Positions 27,771 through 37,180 of a DNA stretch of 64,000 bases are shown here, piece after piece. Made by a program: the position numbers and the translations under genes. The DNA comes from Escherichia phage phiWec179. Location: the sequence record LC739533.1, one strand, 5' to 3'. Numbering within the stretch: position 1 is the stretch's first letter; the number at the start of each line of letters is the position of its first letter. The notes beneath the pieces were generated by a model. The model did not search any database and was not told the origin of the DNA. It saw nothing but the letters and a program-made list of their open reading frames with translations.

Positions 27771-27994
27771 TGGCAACAACATTCTATTTTGAAGGTAGTG
27801 AGAAAAAGACTTCCATTACCTTTCAAAGGGGTACACCAGCAGAAGATTTCTTATGGATGATAATCGATCATCTGAAAAGCGAAGGTATTCACCATATAGA
27901 CGAGTATTTCGCAGAGTCTACGGACTGGCAAAGCGTTGTTATGGAAGATGTTATTTTCGAACTACACCATATTATTAAGGAGGAGGGAATTTGA
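27770..27994 (+). CDS. Hypothetical protein
   Basis: Start at ATG 27770 overlapping upstream stop. Confidence 0.4.
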   Translation: MATTFYFEGSEKKTSITFQRGTPAEDFLWMIIDHLKSEGIHHIDEYFAESTDWQSVVMEDVIFELHHIIKEEGI

Positions 27995-29106
27995 AACAGA
28001 CTAATCAGACACTTTACGGTAAAGACTCAAATGGTAAACTGAAGCAATGGACTGTTTTCACAGACGGGGCAACAGTTACCGTAGCTCACGGTAAAGTTGG
28101 TGGGAAGATTACACAAAAATCATACGAGGCAGAAGCTAAAAACACTGGACGTGCAAATGCAACCACTCCAGAAGAACAAGCTGAAGCTGAAGCTTTTGCC
28201 AAATGGACTAAGCAACTGAAGAATGGTTATTATAAAACCACGGAAGAAGCAGAGAACCATGTTCCATCTACACCAATGAAATGCCAGGACTATAAAGATT
28301 TTGCGCATAAGGTGGTCTTCCCTGGGTATGCACAATACAAACTGAATGGCTTACGTTCAATGATCAACATGAAGGGCGAATGTTTGTCTAAAGCTGGAGA
28401 AGTTTACAAACTCCCTCCGCACTGGCAAGGTATTCCAAACTTCATCAGCGAAGTTGTTGGTCATCCTCTGGATGGGGAAGTGTTCGCTGGTCTTGGTGTT
28501 CTTAGTTTGCAACAGATCAACAGCGCATGGAAAAAGCACAATGAGAATACACCGCTCCTCAACTATTATGTTTACGATGTTCCTGTGGCAGATATGCCAT
28601 TTGAGAAGCGTGTTGAAGTATTAGCGGCTCTTAAAGCTGTAGCCGAAGATAACGGTTTGGACGAACTGATCTGTGTCGTACATACAGAGTATATTGAAAA
28701 TCAAGAACAGTTGGATGCATTTTATGCTAAAGCTTTACTTGAAAAAGCTGAAGGTATCGTGTATCGTAATGCTCATGGTGTCTATGAGTTTGATAAACGT
28801 TCCTATGACGTGATCAAACGAAAACCGCGCCAGACTTTGGAAGTTAAAGTTATTTCTATGCGTTCTGATAAAAATAACGATGGGGTGTTGACAGGTGAGA
28901 TGGAGAATGGTAAACTTGTTGAGTTCTTGATGCGAAAAGATGCTCACGAAACTATCAACTACCGTAAAGCAGAGAATGCCGAAACTTTGATTGGTCAGTT
29001 TGTTGAGATCGAGTATGAAGAATTTTCTGATGAAGGTATCCCAACTAAACCAGTCGGTGTACGTCTTCGTAAAATGATCCCAGGGACTTGGGAGCCAGCA
29101 GAGTAA
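27991..29106 (+). CDS. ATP-dependent DNA ligase-like nucleotidyltransferase
   Basis: Motif I-like KLNGLR, motif III-like LDGEVFA, motif IV EGIVYR, motif V VIKRK in correct order; apparent TTG start after AGGAGG RBS. Confidence 0.55.
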   Translation: MKQTNQTLYGKDSNGKLKQWTVFTDGATVTVAHGKVGGKITQKSYEAEAKNTGRANATTPEEQAEAEAFAKWTKQLKNGYYKTTEEAENHVPSTPMKCQDYKDFAHKVVFPGYAQYKLNGLRSMINMKGECLSKAGEVYKLPPHWQGIPNFISEVVGHPLDGEVFAGLGVLSLQQINSAWKKHNENTPLLNYYVYDVPVADMPFEKRVEVLAALKAVAEDNGLDELICVVHTEYIENQEQLDAFYAKALLEKAEGIVYRNAHGVYEFDKRSYDVIKRKPRQTLEVKVISMRSDKNNDGVLTGEMENGKLVEFLMRKDAHETINYRKAENAETLIGQFVEIEYEEFSDEGIPTKPVGVRLRKMIPGTWEPAE

Positions 29107-29116
29107 AGGAGGTTGT

Positions 29117-29305
29117 ATGTTGATTTTAACAGTGTATATCTTGTTGTCAGTATTGGCTGTATGCTGTATGTTCCTTAGCTGTTGCAAAGATAAGACACTT
29201 TTAGTCTCTGTAGCAAAAACTATAGATGCGATAATGGCGGGTATCGGGTACGCAGCAGTGATCTACATTTTCTGTTTTTACTTTGTGGCTGAATGGGTTA
29301 ATTAA
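29117..29305 (+). CDS. Small membrane protein
   Basis: 62 aa, almost entirely hydrophobic helices. Confidence 0.45.
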   Translation: MLILTVYILLSVLAVCCMFLSCCKDKTLLVSVAKTIDAIMAGIGYAAVIYIFCFYFVAEWVN

Positions 29306-29314
29306 GGGGGATTT

Positions 29315-29503
29315 ATGGGTGTTGAAGTTTTTCTGATTCTTTTGTTGCTTTCTATTGTGGCTTGTGGTATTATTATGGCTTCTACATTCCCATTAAACAC
29401 TTGGTGGCGAAAATTAAGTCTGATGCTTATATACTGTGCAGCAGGTGCACAAATGGGTTCGGTTGTTATCTACTTGACTGAACTCGCAAAAAATTATTTT
29501 TAA
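29315..29503 (+). CDS. Small membrane protein
   Basis: 62 aa, two predicted hydrophobic helices. Confidence 0.45.
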   Translation: MGVEVFLILLLLSIVACGIIMASTFPLNTWWRKLSLMLIYCAAGAQMGSVVIYLTELAKNYF

Positions 29504-29516
29504 TAAGGAGAACAAG

Positions 29517-30245
29517 ATGATCGAGAACTTTTTTAAAGAGATTAAGGTAGATGTGGACTTCTATAAGAAAGCAGCTAAACATGTAATTGATTGGAATGCA
29601 AAAGCGCGTGGCGGAGAACAGCCGGAATTTGACCAGGCGATGTTTGTTTCCCAGATCGGGTTTGTTCGTGAAGAACTGAAAGAGTATGAAGAAGCCGCTA
29701 AAACTAATGATCACGTTGAACTCTTGGATGCAGCCGCCGATGTATTCGTTGTTTCCAGTTACCTGGTGTACATGTTCTTTGGTGAAGAAGCCACTCTGAA
29801 GTTCCTTGAGAATCAGGTTGGTACTGTCTTCACAGAAACAATCTACACCGATTTCGACAATATGGAAGCTACCTTCACTGATCCTGTTCAGATGGCAGTA
29901 TTGAGTGCTGGTATTATGAACCTTGCGCGTGATACGCTGGTGCGTTCTGTTTATGCAGACAAAAAGATTATGAAAGAAGTTCTTGACAGTAATGATTCTA
30001 AGTACCCTACTAAGAAGCAACTGTTGGCTGTATGGAATACTTCCGATATTGATCTTGCAATTTCACAAGAATGCGCAGCGATTGAAGAGCGTAATGCCAA
30101 TCGTCCTGAAGGTGCTTACACTGGCGTACATGCTACGTACAATGAAAAACAGAAAGTTTATGTGTTCTTTGATGATAAAGGTAAGATCATGAAGCCTTCT
30201 ACCTTTGTTAAACCTGATATTGCAAAAATCATTGCTAAGAAATAA
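29517..30245 (+). CDS. MazG-like nucleotide pyrophosphohydrolase (tentative)
   Basis: REELKEYEEA ... LLDAAADVF acidic helix pair resembling the MazG EExxE...D motif. Confidence 0.4.
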   Translation: MIENFFKEIKVDVDFYKKAAKHVIDWNAKARGGEQPEFDQAMFVSQIGFVREELKEYEEAAKTNDHVELLDAAADVFVVSSYLVYMFFGEEATLKFLENQVGTVFTETIYTDFDNMEATFTDPVQMAVLSAGIMNLARDTLVRSVYADKKIMKEVLDSNDSKYPTKKQLLAVWNTSDIDLAISQECAAIEERNANRPEGAYTGVHATYNEKQKVYVFFDDKGKIMKPSTFVKPDIAKIIAKK

Positions 30246-30251
30246 TCTGTA

Positions 30252-30277
30252 AGCCGCCCTTCGGGGCGGTTATTGTG
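30252..30277 (+). terminator. Rho-independent terminator (weak T-run)
   Basis: CCGCCC-TTCG-GGGCGG hairpin followed by TTATTGT. Confidence 0.4.
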
Positions 30278-30302
30278 AGAGTTAAATAATAGGAGGAAAT
30301 AT

Positions 30303-31181
30303 ATGTTCGTTAAATCTTTTAAATCTGCACTTCCGATGGTTGCTGGTGATAATGCTTCTGTAGCGTCTCTGAACGAGTTCAACGAATTTCCGATTGACTT
30401 TGTACCTGCTGAAGGATCTCAAGCCCATACTATTGGTCTGGTTCGTTTTGAAGATGACGGGAAATACGTAAAAGAGTTCTCCGATCTGGAACTCCTTCAG
30501 GTTGGTCAATCTGTCAAGAAAGTTGACAAGAAGAAAGTTAAACGTCTTCTTAATGAACGCCTGGAAGAAATTCGAGTAGATATGGAAAGCCAGGGTCAAG
30601 AATTCTTTGTCGCTAAAGAAGACATGAAAGCCCTGAAAGCTGATATTGAATTTGGTCTGCTTCCAGAAACTGAACCAGAAGATTTCTTCAATTATGTAGT
30701 TCTGGATAAAACAACCAACCTGTTCTATGTGATCAACGGCAGTAAGAAAGTAGCGGAAGCTATTACTTCCTTCTTCCGTAATGTTTTAGGGACTTTCCCT
30801 TCTGTAGGCTTTAGTGTTCACGAAGAAGCGATTATCAAAGGTTTTGGTACATTGCTGAAAGAACACGAAGCTGATCGCCTTACTCTTGGCAACTATATTA
30901 AACTGGAAGATAGTGAAGGTGTTGTTGTCTGGACGAAAGAATCTCTTTACGATTCCAAAGCAATCGAACTTAAAGAAGACGGTAAAGATGTTGTCGCTAT
31001 TGGCTTGGAGTACGATGGTGTGCTGGAGTTTGTAGTAGATAAAGAGTTGAAGTTGAGTAAGCTTCGTTTCCCTAAATACTTCAACGATGACGAAGGTTCT
31101 ATTGAAGCATCTACTCTACTTTGCTTCAACGAGATTCGTGGTTTGATGGCAGATCTGACGAAAGCAACTATTCTTAAATAA
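30303..31181 (+). CDS. Hypothetical protein (RdgC-like size and pattern, tentative)
   Basis: 292 aa; weak resemblance to recombination-associated RdgC; not verified. Confidence 0.3.
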   Translation: MFVKSFKSALPMVAGDNASVASLNEFNEFPIDFVPAEGSQAHTIGLVRFEDDGKYVKEFSDLELLQVGQSVKKVDKKKVKRLLNERLEEIRVDMESQGQEFFVAKEDMKALKADIEFGLLPETEPEDFFNYVVLDKTTNLFYVINGSKKVAEAITSFFRNVLGTFPSVGFSVHEEAIIKGFGTLLKEHEADRLTLGNYIKLEDSEGVVVWTKESLYDSKAIELKEDGKDVVAIGLEYDGVLEFVVDKELKLSKLRFPKYFNDDEGSIEASTLLCFNEIRGLMADLTKATILK

Positions 31182-31185
31182 GTGC

Positions 31186-31214
31186 TTGACTTGCAGACTT
31201 CATTGTGATACTAT
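31186..31214 (+). promoter_or_regulatory. Sigma70-like promoter
   Basis: TTGACT -35, 17-nt spacer, TACTAT -10. Confidence 0.5.
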
Positions 31215-31243
31215 GCCTACCTACTCAACGAGGTAGGCTTTTA
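31215..31243 (+). terminator. Hairpin with T-run overlapping promoter-proximal leader
   Basis: GCCTACCT-ACTCAACG-AGGTAGGC then TTTT; may terminate upstream transcripts or structure the leader. Confidence 0.4.
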
Positions 31244-31252
31244 GGAGGTGTT

Positions 31253-31462
31253 ATGAAAAAGACAATTGCAGCGTTACTGTTGGCAACAAGTTTCTCGGCA
31301 GCGGCTGGACAAACTACTCTCATTCTTTCGGATGAGGAAGTTAGCGGAAATACTAAATATTGTTTCTATTCCAACTCCATCTACGACAAAGTTATCCAGA
31401 TCTCTGCGAGTCGGCAATGTCCTTACACAAAAACATTCAGTACGGATGATGACGATGAATAA
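31253..31462 (+). CDS. Small secreted protein with signal peptide
   Basis: MKKTIAALLLATSFSAAAG signal-peptide-like N-terminus, two Cys, acidic C-terminus DDDDE; RBS AGGAGG. Confidence 0.5.
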   Translation: MKKTIAALLLATSFSAAAGQTTLILSDEEVSGNTKYCFYSNSIYDKVIQISASRQCPYTKTFSTDDDDE

Positions 31463-31506
31463 TAGGGGGAATTATCAGCGGGTACATTTTAATAAAACCG
31501 GAAGAT

Positions 31507-32598
31507 TTGCACAAGTATGTTGACCTAAACACTGTTGTGGTTATTGACTACGATCAGGTTGCTTTCCAAGCGGCTTCTGCTGTAGAGAAGCGTCGTATCT
31601 TGGCTAAACATGCAGCCTCCGGTTCCGAAAAAGAATTTGACAATAAGACAGAGTTTTGGGGTAAGAGTAAGACTGAAATTGGTGGTTGGCTTGGAGCATT
31701 GAATGCTAAACGAGAAGAGCAGGGTAAACGTCCTTTCACCAAAGAAGAGTTTGAAATTATTGATGTGCAATACGTACCAGACACTTTGTCACATGCTTTT
31801 CAAGCAGCTAAAACAAAAGTTCAAGCGATCTTAAAGCATTTAAGTTTAGAAAAATATTGCGGAGTTATCGGTGTAGGGAAAACCTTCCGACATGATTTTA
31901 AGATGCCTACCGAATATAAATCTGAACGATCTGACATTAAGCCTTTACAACTATCCGATACCAAAGACTACTTGGTAGAGCAACACAATGGGGATGTTGT
32001 TACGGTTATCGAAGCCGATGATGAATTAGAGAAGTACGGTTTCCAAGGCTACAAAGATTACAAACGCACAGGCAAATTCTCTTACATCCTGGCGTCAATA
32101 GATAAAGACAGCCTATCCACTCCAAGCATCCTCTTTAACTTCTACAAAGAAGACGGTGTATTCAAGAATCCCGATATCATTCTGATAGACGAGTCCATTG
32201 GAGATTTGTGGATTGTTGAGAAGGGCAAGAAAAAAGAGGTTAAGGGTTGGGGATCTTTCTGGTTGGCCTATCAGATGCTGATGGGAGATAAAACGGATAG
32301 CATCCGTCCTTACCAGGATTTTGGTATTAAGTTTGGAGATGTTTCTTGTTTCAACTTGATATCTGAATGCAAGACCCAAGCTGAACTTTTCCAGAAAGTG
32401 AAAGATACATTTTATACCTGGTTCCCTGAAGGTGTTAAATTTACATCTTGGGATGGGGAAGCAGTAGAATTAACAACCGATCAATGGATCGAGACAATAT
32501 TCCAACTCGTTTACATGAAACGTTGGGATAACGATAACACAACTTTTGAGAGTATGCTTCAAGCGTACATTTCACAACAGGAGATAATTAATGAGTAA
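31507..32598 (+). CDS. 5'-3' exonuclease / flap endonuclease-like (tentative)
   Basis: N-terminal VVVIDYDQVAFQAA resembles FEN/PIN motif; LMGDKTDSIRPYQDFGIKFGDV resembles H3TH LxGDxxDNIPG..GIG; apparent TTG start. Confidence 0.45.
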   Translation: MHKYVDLNTVVVIDYDQVAFQAASAVEKRRILAKHAASGSEKEFDNKTEFWGKSKTEIGGWLGALNAKREEQGKRPFTKEEFEIIDVQYVPDTLSHAFQAAKTKVQAILKHLSLEKYCGVIGVGKTFRHDFKMPTEYKSERSDIKPLQLSDTKDYLVEQHNGDVVTVIEADDELEKYGFQGYKDYKRTGKFSYILASIDKDSLSTPSILFNFYKEDGVFKNPDIILIDESIGDLWIVEKGKKKEVKGWGSFWLAYQMLMGDKTDSIRPYQDFGIKFGDVSCFNLISECKTQAELFQKVKDTFYTWFPEGVKFTSWDGEAVELTTDQWIETIFQLVYMKRWDNDNTTFESMLQAYISQQEIINE

Positions 32599-33556
32599 AT
32601 TAACAACAGAGCAGAAAGTAGAAATCATTAGCCTTAAAACACAAGGTCTTTCTTCTCGCCAGATCGCTGCATTAGTTCTCGGTAGCGCGACAAAGAAAAG
32701 CACAGTGAACGATTTCTTGGTTCGTGAAAACTCTGCCAATGCTGGAACTCCTAAAGTTAAACCAGAAGGTCCAGTAGTTAAAATTATTGACGTTGAAACA
32801 GCACCAGAAATTGCGTATACTTTCCGTCGATTCAAAGCTTTTATCTCTCCTGATCAGGTGATTCGCCGTGGTTACTTGCTGTCCTACTCTTCCGCAGATC
32901 TGCGTACTGCTGAAGTTGAAGGTAAGAACTTGGCAAGCTACCCTCTGTTCGATATTGATCACACAGACGATTGGGAACTGTGTCAAGACATTTGGAAGCT
33001 TCTGGATGAAGCTGATATCGTTGTAGCTCACAACGGTGTTAAATTTGACCGTGCTTATATTAACCAGCGTTTCGCATACCACGGAATGGTTCCTCCGTCG
33101 AACTATGTTGTGGTCGATACTCTGAAAGCGGCTAAGAAACAATTCTTCTTACCGTCTAATTCTCTGAAAGAGATGGGTGCTTACTTCGAAACAGAGAGCG
33201 AAAAACTTGATAACGAAGGGTTCCCATTGTGGAAGGCTTGTTGTGAAGGTGATCGTGATGCGTTTGAACGTATGCAAACTTACAACGATGGTGATGTAGT
33301 TTCTCTGCGAGATCTGTACATTAAGATTCTGGCATGGATTCCGCAACATCCTAACGTATCTGCTTACTACGAAGATACCAAAGTTCGTTGCTCTCGTTGT
33401 GGCAGTGCACATGTGAATGTACTGGCAGATAAGAAGTACCACACAGCAGTAAGTTCTTTTGATATTATTCGTTGTGAAGATTGTGGTGGACTTTCTCGTG
33501 GACGTGTTAACAGCCGTTCCAAAGATAAGATGAAAAACACCATTGTAGGGATTTAA
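32591..33556 (+). CDS. DEDDh-type 3'-5' exonuclease with N-terminal HTH and C-terminal zinc ribbon
   Basis: IIDVETAPE (Exo I), VVAHNGVKFDRAYI (Exo II), YNDGDV (Exo III); C-terminal CSRCG ... CEDCGG. Confidence 0.55.
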   Translation: MSKLTTEQKVEIISLKTQGLSSRQIAALVLGSATKKSTVNDFLVRENSANAGTPKVKPEGPVVKIIDVETAPEIAYTFRRFKAFISPDQVIRRGYLLSYSSADLRTAEVEGKNLASYPLFDIDHTDDWELCQDIWKLLDEADIVVAHNGVKFDRAYINQRFAYHGMVPPSNYVVVDTLKAAKKQFFLPSNSLKEMGAYFETESEKLDNEGFPLWKACCEGDRDAFERMQTYNDGDVVSLRDLYIKILAWIPQHPNVSAYYEDTKVRCSRCGSAHVNVLADKKYHTAVSSFDIIRCEDCGGLSRGRVNSRSKDKMKNTIVGI

Positions 33557-33561
33557 TAAGA

Positions 33562-33590
33562 AAGGGGCTTCGGCCCCTTTTTTAATTTAA
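33562..33590 (+). terminator. Rho-independent terminator
   Basis: AGGGGC-TTCG-GCCCCT hairpin followed by TTTTTTAATTT. Confidence 0.7.
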
Positions 33591-33593
33591 GTG

Positions 33594-33622
33594 TTGACAT
33601 AGAGAACCAAGTGCGATACAAT
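33594..33622 (+). promoter_or_regulatory. Near-consensus sigma70 promoter
   Basis: TTGACA -35, 17-nt spacer, TACAAT -10. Confidence 0.6.
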
Positions 33623-33664
33623 CTTTATCAAGAAGGCATATCGCCTTAACAAGAGGAGACTATC

Positions 33665-34123
33665 ATGAGTAAGAATATTATTGTTTTTCGTAACGCTGCT
33701 GATTTCCGTAATTATGCCGCAGAATCTGGTCGTAACAATGCAGCCCGTGCTTTGTATCGTCAGTTCTTACGTTTAAATAATCTGGAGCGTAACGAGCTAA
33801 TCCAGGATTCCTCTGGTTTGACAGTAGGGAAAGATAACCGTCAACAAGTACTTATCGGAGGTTGCCTGTACGGTGTGTCTGTGAACGATAAAGGTGATTG
33901 TCGTCAGTACGACACTGACTATGTTGGTCTGATTAATATCTCCCCGACTACAGGCAGAGTTCTACTGGCATTCACTAACGATTTATCTTTACACAAGAAA
34001 CCAAACTTGATCCGCACAAAAGGAAACAATGCATCTTATAACGCTGCTCTTAGCAAAGATGCTTCTGTAGAGCTTGAAAACTTTAAAATCTGGGATAACA
34101 CCACTCCAGAACAAAATTACTAA
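33665..34123 (+). CDS. Hypothetical protein
   Basis: 152 aa; first gene after strong promoter; RBS GAGGAG. Confidence 0.45.
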   Translation: MSKNIIVFRNAADFRNYAAESGRNNAARALYRQFLRLNNLERNELIQDSSGLTVGKDNRQQVLIGGCLYGVSVNDKGDCRQYDTDYVGLINISPTTGRVLLAFTNDLSLHKKPNLIRTKGNNASYNAALSKDASVELENFKIWDNTTPEQNY

Positions 34124-34132
34124 GGAGGTTGA

Positions 34133-34360
34133 ATGAGCATTACATTAACAGGTAATGAAATTTTTGAATTATTTGAAATGTTGGGTATGAACTACTCAAT
34201 CGAAAAAGATCCAGAATTATTGGACGTTAGCATCACCGTCTTAGAAGACAAAGAACTTCTTGATGATAATGGTAACGTTATGTACAAAGGTCGTGTAGCT
34301 TTCTATACAGATTACCCTGAAGAGGGTGGAGTTGGAATCCAGGAGGAAAATTATGTCTAA
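34133..34360 (+). CDS. Hypothetical acidic protein
   Basis: 75 aa; RBS AAGGAGG. Confidence 0.45.
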   Translation: MSITLTGNEIFELFEMLGMNYSIEKDPELLDVSITVLEDKELLDDNGNVMYKGRVAFYTDYPEEGGVGIQEENYV

Positions 34361-34751
34361 TGCATTTAATGATCAAGTTGACGGACACCATTACACAGAT
34401 ATGGTAATGCAACCTATAGAGTTGGCTTATCTTGTAGGTGGCACACCTTGTTTCTGCAAGCTTGCTAAATACTCTACTCGTGTCAAGGGTGATCGCATGA
34501 TCAACTTGGACAAAGCTATTCATTGCATCGCGCTGGAAGCTACCATGATGGAAAACCATAGTTTCATGGTACAGGAAAACTACCCAGCAGCCACAAGTAA
34601 GGCCAAAACTGATCAAGCCATGTTACTGATTGACTTCTTCACAAAAGATCCGTTAATCCGCGAAGCTTTGAAGTGTATGTATTGTTCTTACTACCAAGAT
34701 GCAATGATGGCTATCCGAAAACTTAAGGAACAAATTAGTAATGGCGAATAA
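34353..34751 (+). CDS. Hypothetical protein
   Basis: Start at ATG 34353 after RBS AGGAGGA. Confidence 0.4.
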   Translation: MSNAFNDQVDGHHYTDMVMQPIELAYLVGGTPCFCKLAKYSTRVKGDRMINLDKAIHCIALEATMMENHSFMVQENYPAATSKAKTDQAMLLIDFFTKDPLIREALKCMYCSYYQDAMMAIRKLKEQISNGE

Positions 34752-34932
34752 CACAAAACAGTACGGAGAAGGTGAGGTTTATAAAATTTATAACCGTAAA
34801 GGGGATAAGCTTTTAGTAACTATCACCATCCCAGAAAATATGTGCAAGGCAGGTTTGGATCGCCTGTTGTTCTTTAAACACAATATTCCACCTGGTGAAT
34901 ACACAATCAAGAAGGTGCCAATTGTCAAGTAA
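34741..34932 (+). CDS. Hypothetical protein
   Basis: 63 aa; overlapping start. Confidence 0.4.
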   Translation: MANNTKQYGEGEVYKIYNRKGDKLLVTITIPENMCKAGLDRLLFFKHNIPPGEYTIKKVPIVK

Positions 34933-34945
34933 AGAACCAAAAATA

Positions 34946-35500
34946 ATGTGGGGCGAAGGAACGCCCTGGAAGTCACAAGCAGAGTTTTACACTTATCTTC
35001 GTGGCTGTCTTCGTCAGGCTTGGATGCGTCACCCTAACAAAATCAAACTCCTGAATGCAAAACGATACAAAGCGGATCGTCTTGACAAAGATGGTAAGGT
35101 GATGTTAGATAAGAAGACTGGCTTACCGAAACAGGTTTGGCATTGTTCTTGTGAAGTGTGCGGATACACTGGAGGTATGAAAGACTTCCAAGTGGATCAT
35201 ATCCATGCAGCAAAAAACTTGCAATGTTTTGATGACATTCCTATGTTCGTTCTACGTCTGATTTATGTCAATGTGGAAGACTTACGTATGGTTTGTAAAT
35301 CTTGTAACTCTATCTTAGCTTACGCTGACAAGCAGGGCATTTCTTTCGAACAAGCAAAAGTTGAGAAAGAAGCTATTGCGATCTGCAAAGATAAGCAAGA
35401 TAAGAAATGGTTAACGAAACGAGGTATCGAACCAGCAAGTACCGTAGCAAAACGAAGAGAACAAATAGTCAAAATCCTATTGCAGGAAATCGAAAGTTAG
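34946..35500 (+). CDS. HNH / endonuclease VII-like His-Me finger nuclease (tentative)
   Basis: WHCSCEVCG ... QVDHIHA ... VCKSCNS follows the CxxC-DH-CxxCN pattern of T4 endoVII/HNH nucleases. Confidence 0.4.
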   Translation: MWGEGTPWKSQAEFYTYLRGCLRQAWMRHPNKIKLLNAKRYKADRLDKDGKVMLDKKTGLPKQVWHCSCEVCGYTGGMKDFQVDHIHAAKNLQCFDDIPMFVLRLIYVNVEDLRMVCKSCNSILAYADKQGISFEQAKVEKEAIAICKDKQDKKWLTKRGIEPASTVAKRREQIVKILLQEIES

Positions 35501-35534
35501 GTTAATATAACAATACTGGAAGAGAGGAGGGATT

Positions 35535-36152
35535 ATGAAGATAGTTTGTGATTGGGATCTGGTGGTTGCTCCACTGGATGTTGCTTGGCTGGAATGGTTG
35601 GTTAAAGTTAGTGGAGATTGTGTAGGCTTCTCCGAAGCTGTCAAGAATGTTGACTACGATCTTACTAAATACTTCCCAGGTTTCCGTGAGAAGTTTAACA
35701 TCGATCCTTACGGCTTTCTGGATAATCCCCATCTCTATGACACGATGGGATGTATCAAACCTATGGCTGACTTCTTAGAAGGTATTGTGAAAGAGGGCGA
35801 TAATGCACTTATTGCAAGTGTGACTAAAGGTGGACACCTTAGCTCAAAACACAAACATGTTTTAAGAACTTTGCCAACCATTGATTTTGGTAAAGGTTCT
35901 GGTAACGGTTTCTTTGCCACAAAAGAAAAATACCTGTTGCCTTGTGATATTGCCATAGATGATAGGGCAGAAAACCTGTTGTATTTTCCAGATCATGTTG
36001 TTAAGATTTATTACAATACGATGTATAAAGATTTGTATTTGGAAGAATTAAAAAAGAAACCAAACGTAGTTGTCACGGGTTTGTACAATCAAGCAGAAAC
36101 CTGTTGGCAGGTTTATTCAATGTTAAAAGAACGAGGAGAAATTAATGTCTAA
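35535..36152 (+). CDS. HAD-superfamily hydrolase, possible 5'-deoxynucleotidase
   Basis: N-terminal CDWDLVV (DxDxV motif I-like) and downstream IDD motif; located just upstream of thyX. Confidence 0.35.
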   Translation: MKIVCDWDLVVAPLDVAWLEWLVKVSGDCVGFSEAVKNVDYDLTKYFPGFREKFNIDPYGFLDNPHLYDTMGCIKPMADFLEGIVKEGDNALIASVTKGGHLSSKHKHVLRTLPTIDFGKGSGNGFFATKEKYLLPCDIAIDDRAENLLYFPDHVVKIYYNTMYKDLYLEELKKKPNVVVTGLYNQAETCWQVYSMLKERGEINV

Positions 36153-37134
36153 TATCAGTGCACAAGTCATCGCCCAATCCATCAACGAAGAAGGACAGAT
36201 GATCACAACTTTCGAACTGGAATATCCACGCATCATCCATTCGGAACTGATGACACACCGCCTATTCTCCCGAAACGCTGCTTCAAGCCGCGCTATTCCC
36301 GTCAAGACTTTGATTGAGATGGTTCGCAACGAACCTGCGGCACCTGTTCGATTTGGTCAACACCAACCTGGGATGCAGGATCAAGGTGTAGAGTATGATG
36401 CTCTCATTGGGGTAGGTTATTCGAGTCGTGAGTGGTGGAATTTAGCTGCACTTAGTGCGGCAAACTTTGCAGAACAAATGGCGGAAGCTGGTTACGCGAA
36501 GCAGGTTTGTAATCGCCTTCTTGAACCATTCCAAAAAATGAAGACGGTTCTGACAGCAACCGAATATGAAAACTTCTGGTGGCTACGTGATGATGCTGAT
36601 GCTGATCCGACTATTGAAGCTTTAGCCAAAATTATGTTTGAAGCCTATGAAGCTTCTACTCCAGAACTACTGGCTCCAGGTCAATGGCATACGCCTTACG
36701 TAGATCATGTCTACGAGAACATTGGTTTGGAAGGTGATGATGTTTGGGTATTCAGTGGGTATAGCACTACAGATGAAAATGGCAATACTATCATGCTGTC
36801 GCTGGAAGAAGCACTTGCAATCTCTTCTTCTTGTTGCGCACAAGTGAGCTATCGTCGTCTGAATGCAACTAAAGATAAAGCTTTGGACATTTATGGACGT
36901 TTGCTTACCGGACGTAAAGTTCACGCTTCCCCTTTTGAACATCAGGCAACCCCAATGAAAAAAATGGATTTGTCAGGCTTAAAACGACAGGAGCATGGTG
37001 TTAATATTCCTCCGTTCCCGATTTCTTGGGAACCAGGCGTTACTCATGTAGATCGTAATGGTCAATTCTGGTCGGGGAATATGAAGGGTTGGGTACAACA
37101 TCGTCAACTTTTAGACAATCATACTAAATGGTGA
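36145..37134 (+). CDS. thyX: Flavin-dependent thymidylate synthase ThyX
   Basis: ThyX signature THRLFSRNAASSRAIP (RHR...SxR). Confidence 0.8.
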   Translation: MSNISAQVIAQSINEEGQMITTFELEYPRIIHSELMTHRLFSRNAASSRAIPVKTLIEMVRNEPAAPVRFGQHQPGMQDQGVEYDALIGVGYSSREWWNLAALSAANFAEQMAEAGYAKQVCNRLLEPFQKMKTVLTATEYENFWWLRDDADADPTIEALAKIMFEAYEASTPELLAPGQWHTPYVDHVYENIGLEGDDVWVFSGYSTTDENGNTIMLSLEEALAISSSCCAQVSYRRLNATKDKALDIYGRLLTGRKVHASPFEHQATPMKKMDLSGLKRQEHGVNIPPFPISWEPGVTHVDRNGQFWSGNMKGWVQHRQLLDNHTKW

Positions 37135-37150
37135 TTCGAGTAAATTCTTA

Positions 37151-37180
37151 TTGACTTTAGTGTTAGATTTAGTGTAGTAT
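37151..37180 (+). promoter_or_regulatory. Sigma70-like promoter
   Basis: TTGACT -35, 18-nt spacer, TAGTAT -10; followed by leader hairpin GGGGG...CCCCC. Confidence 0.4.
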
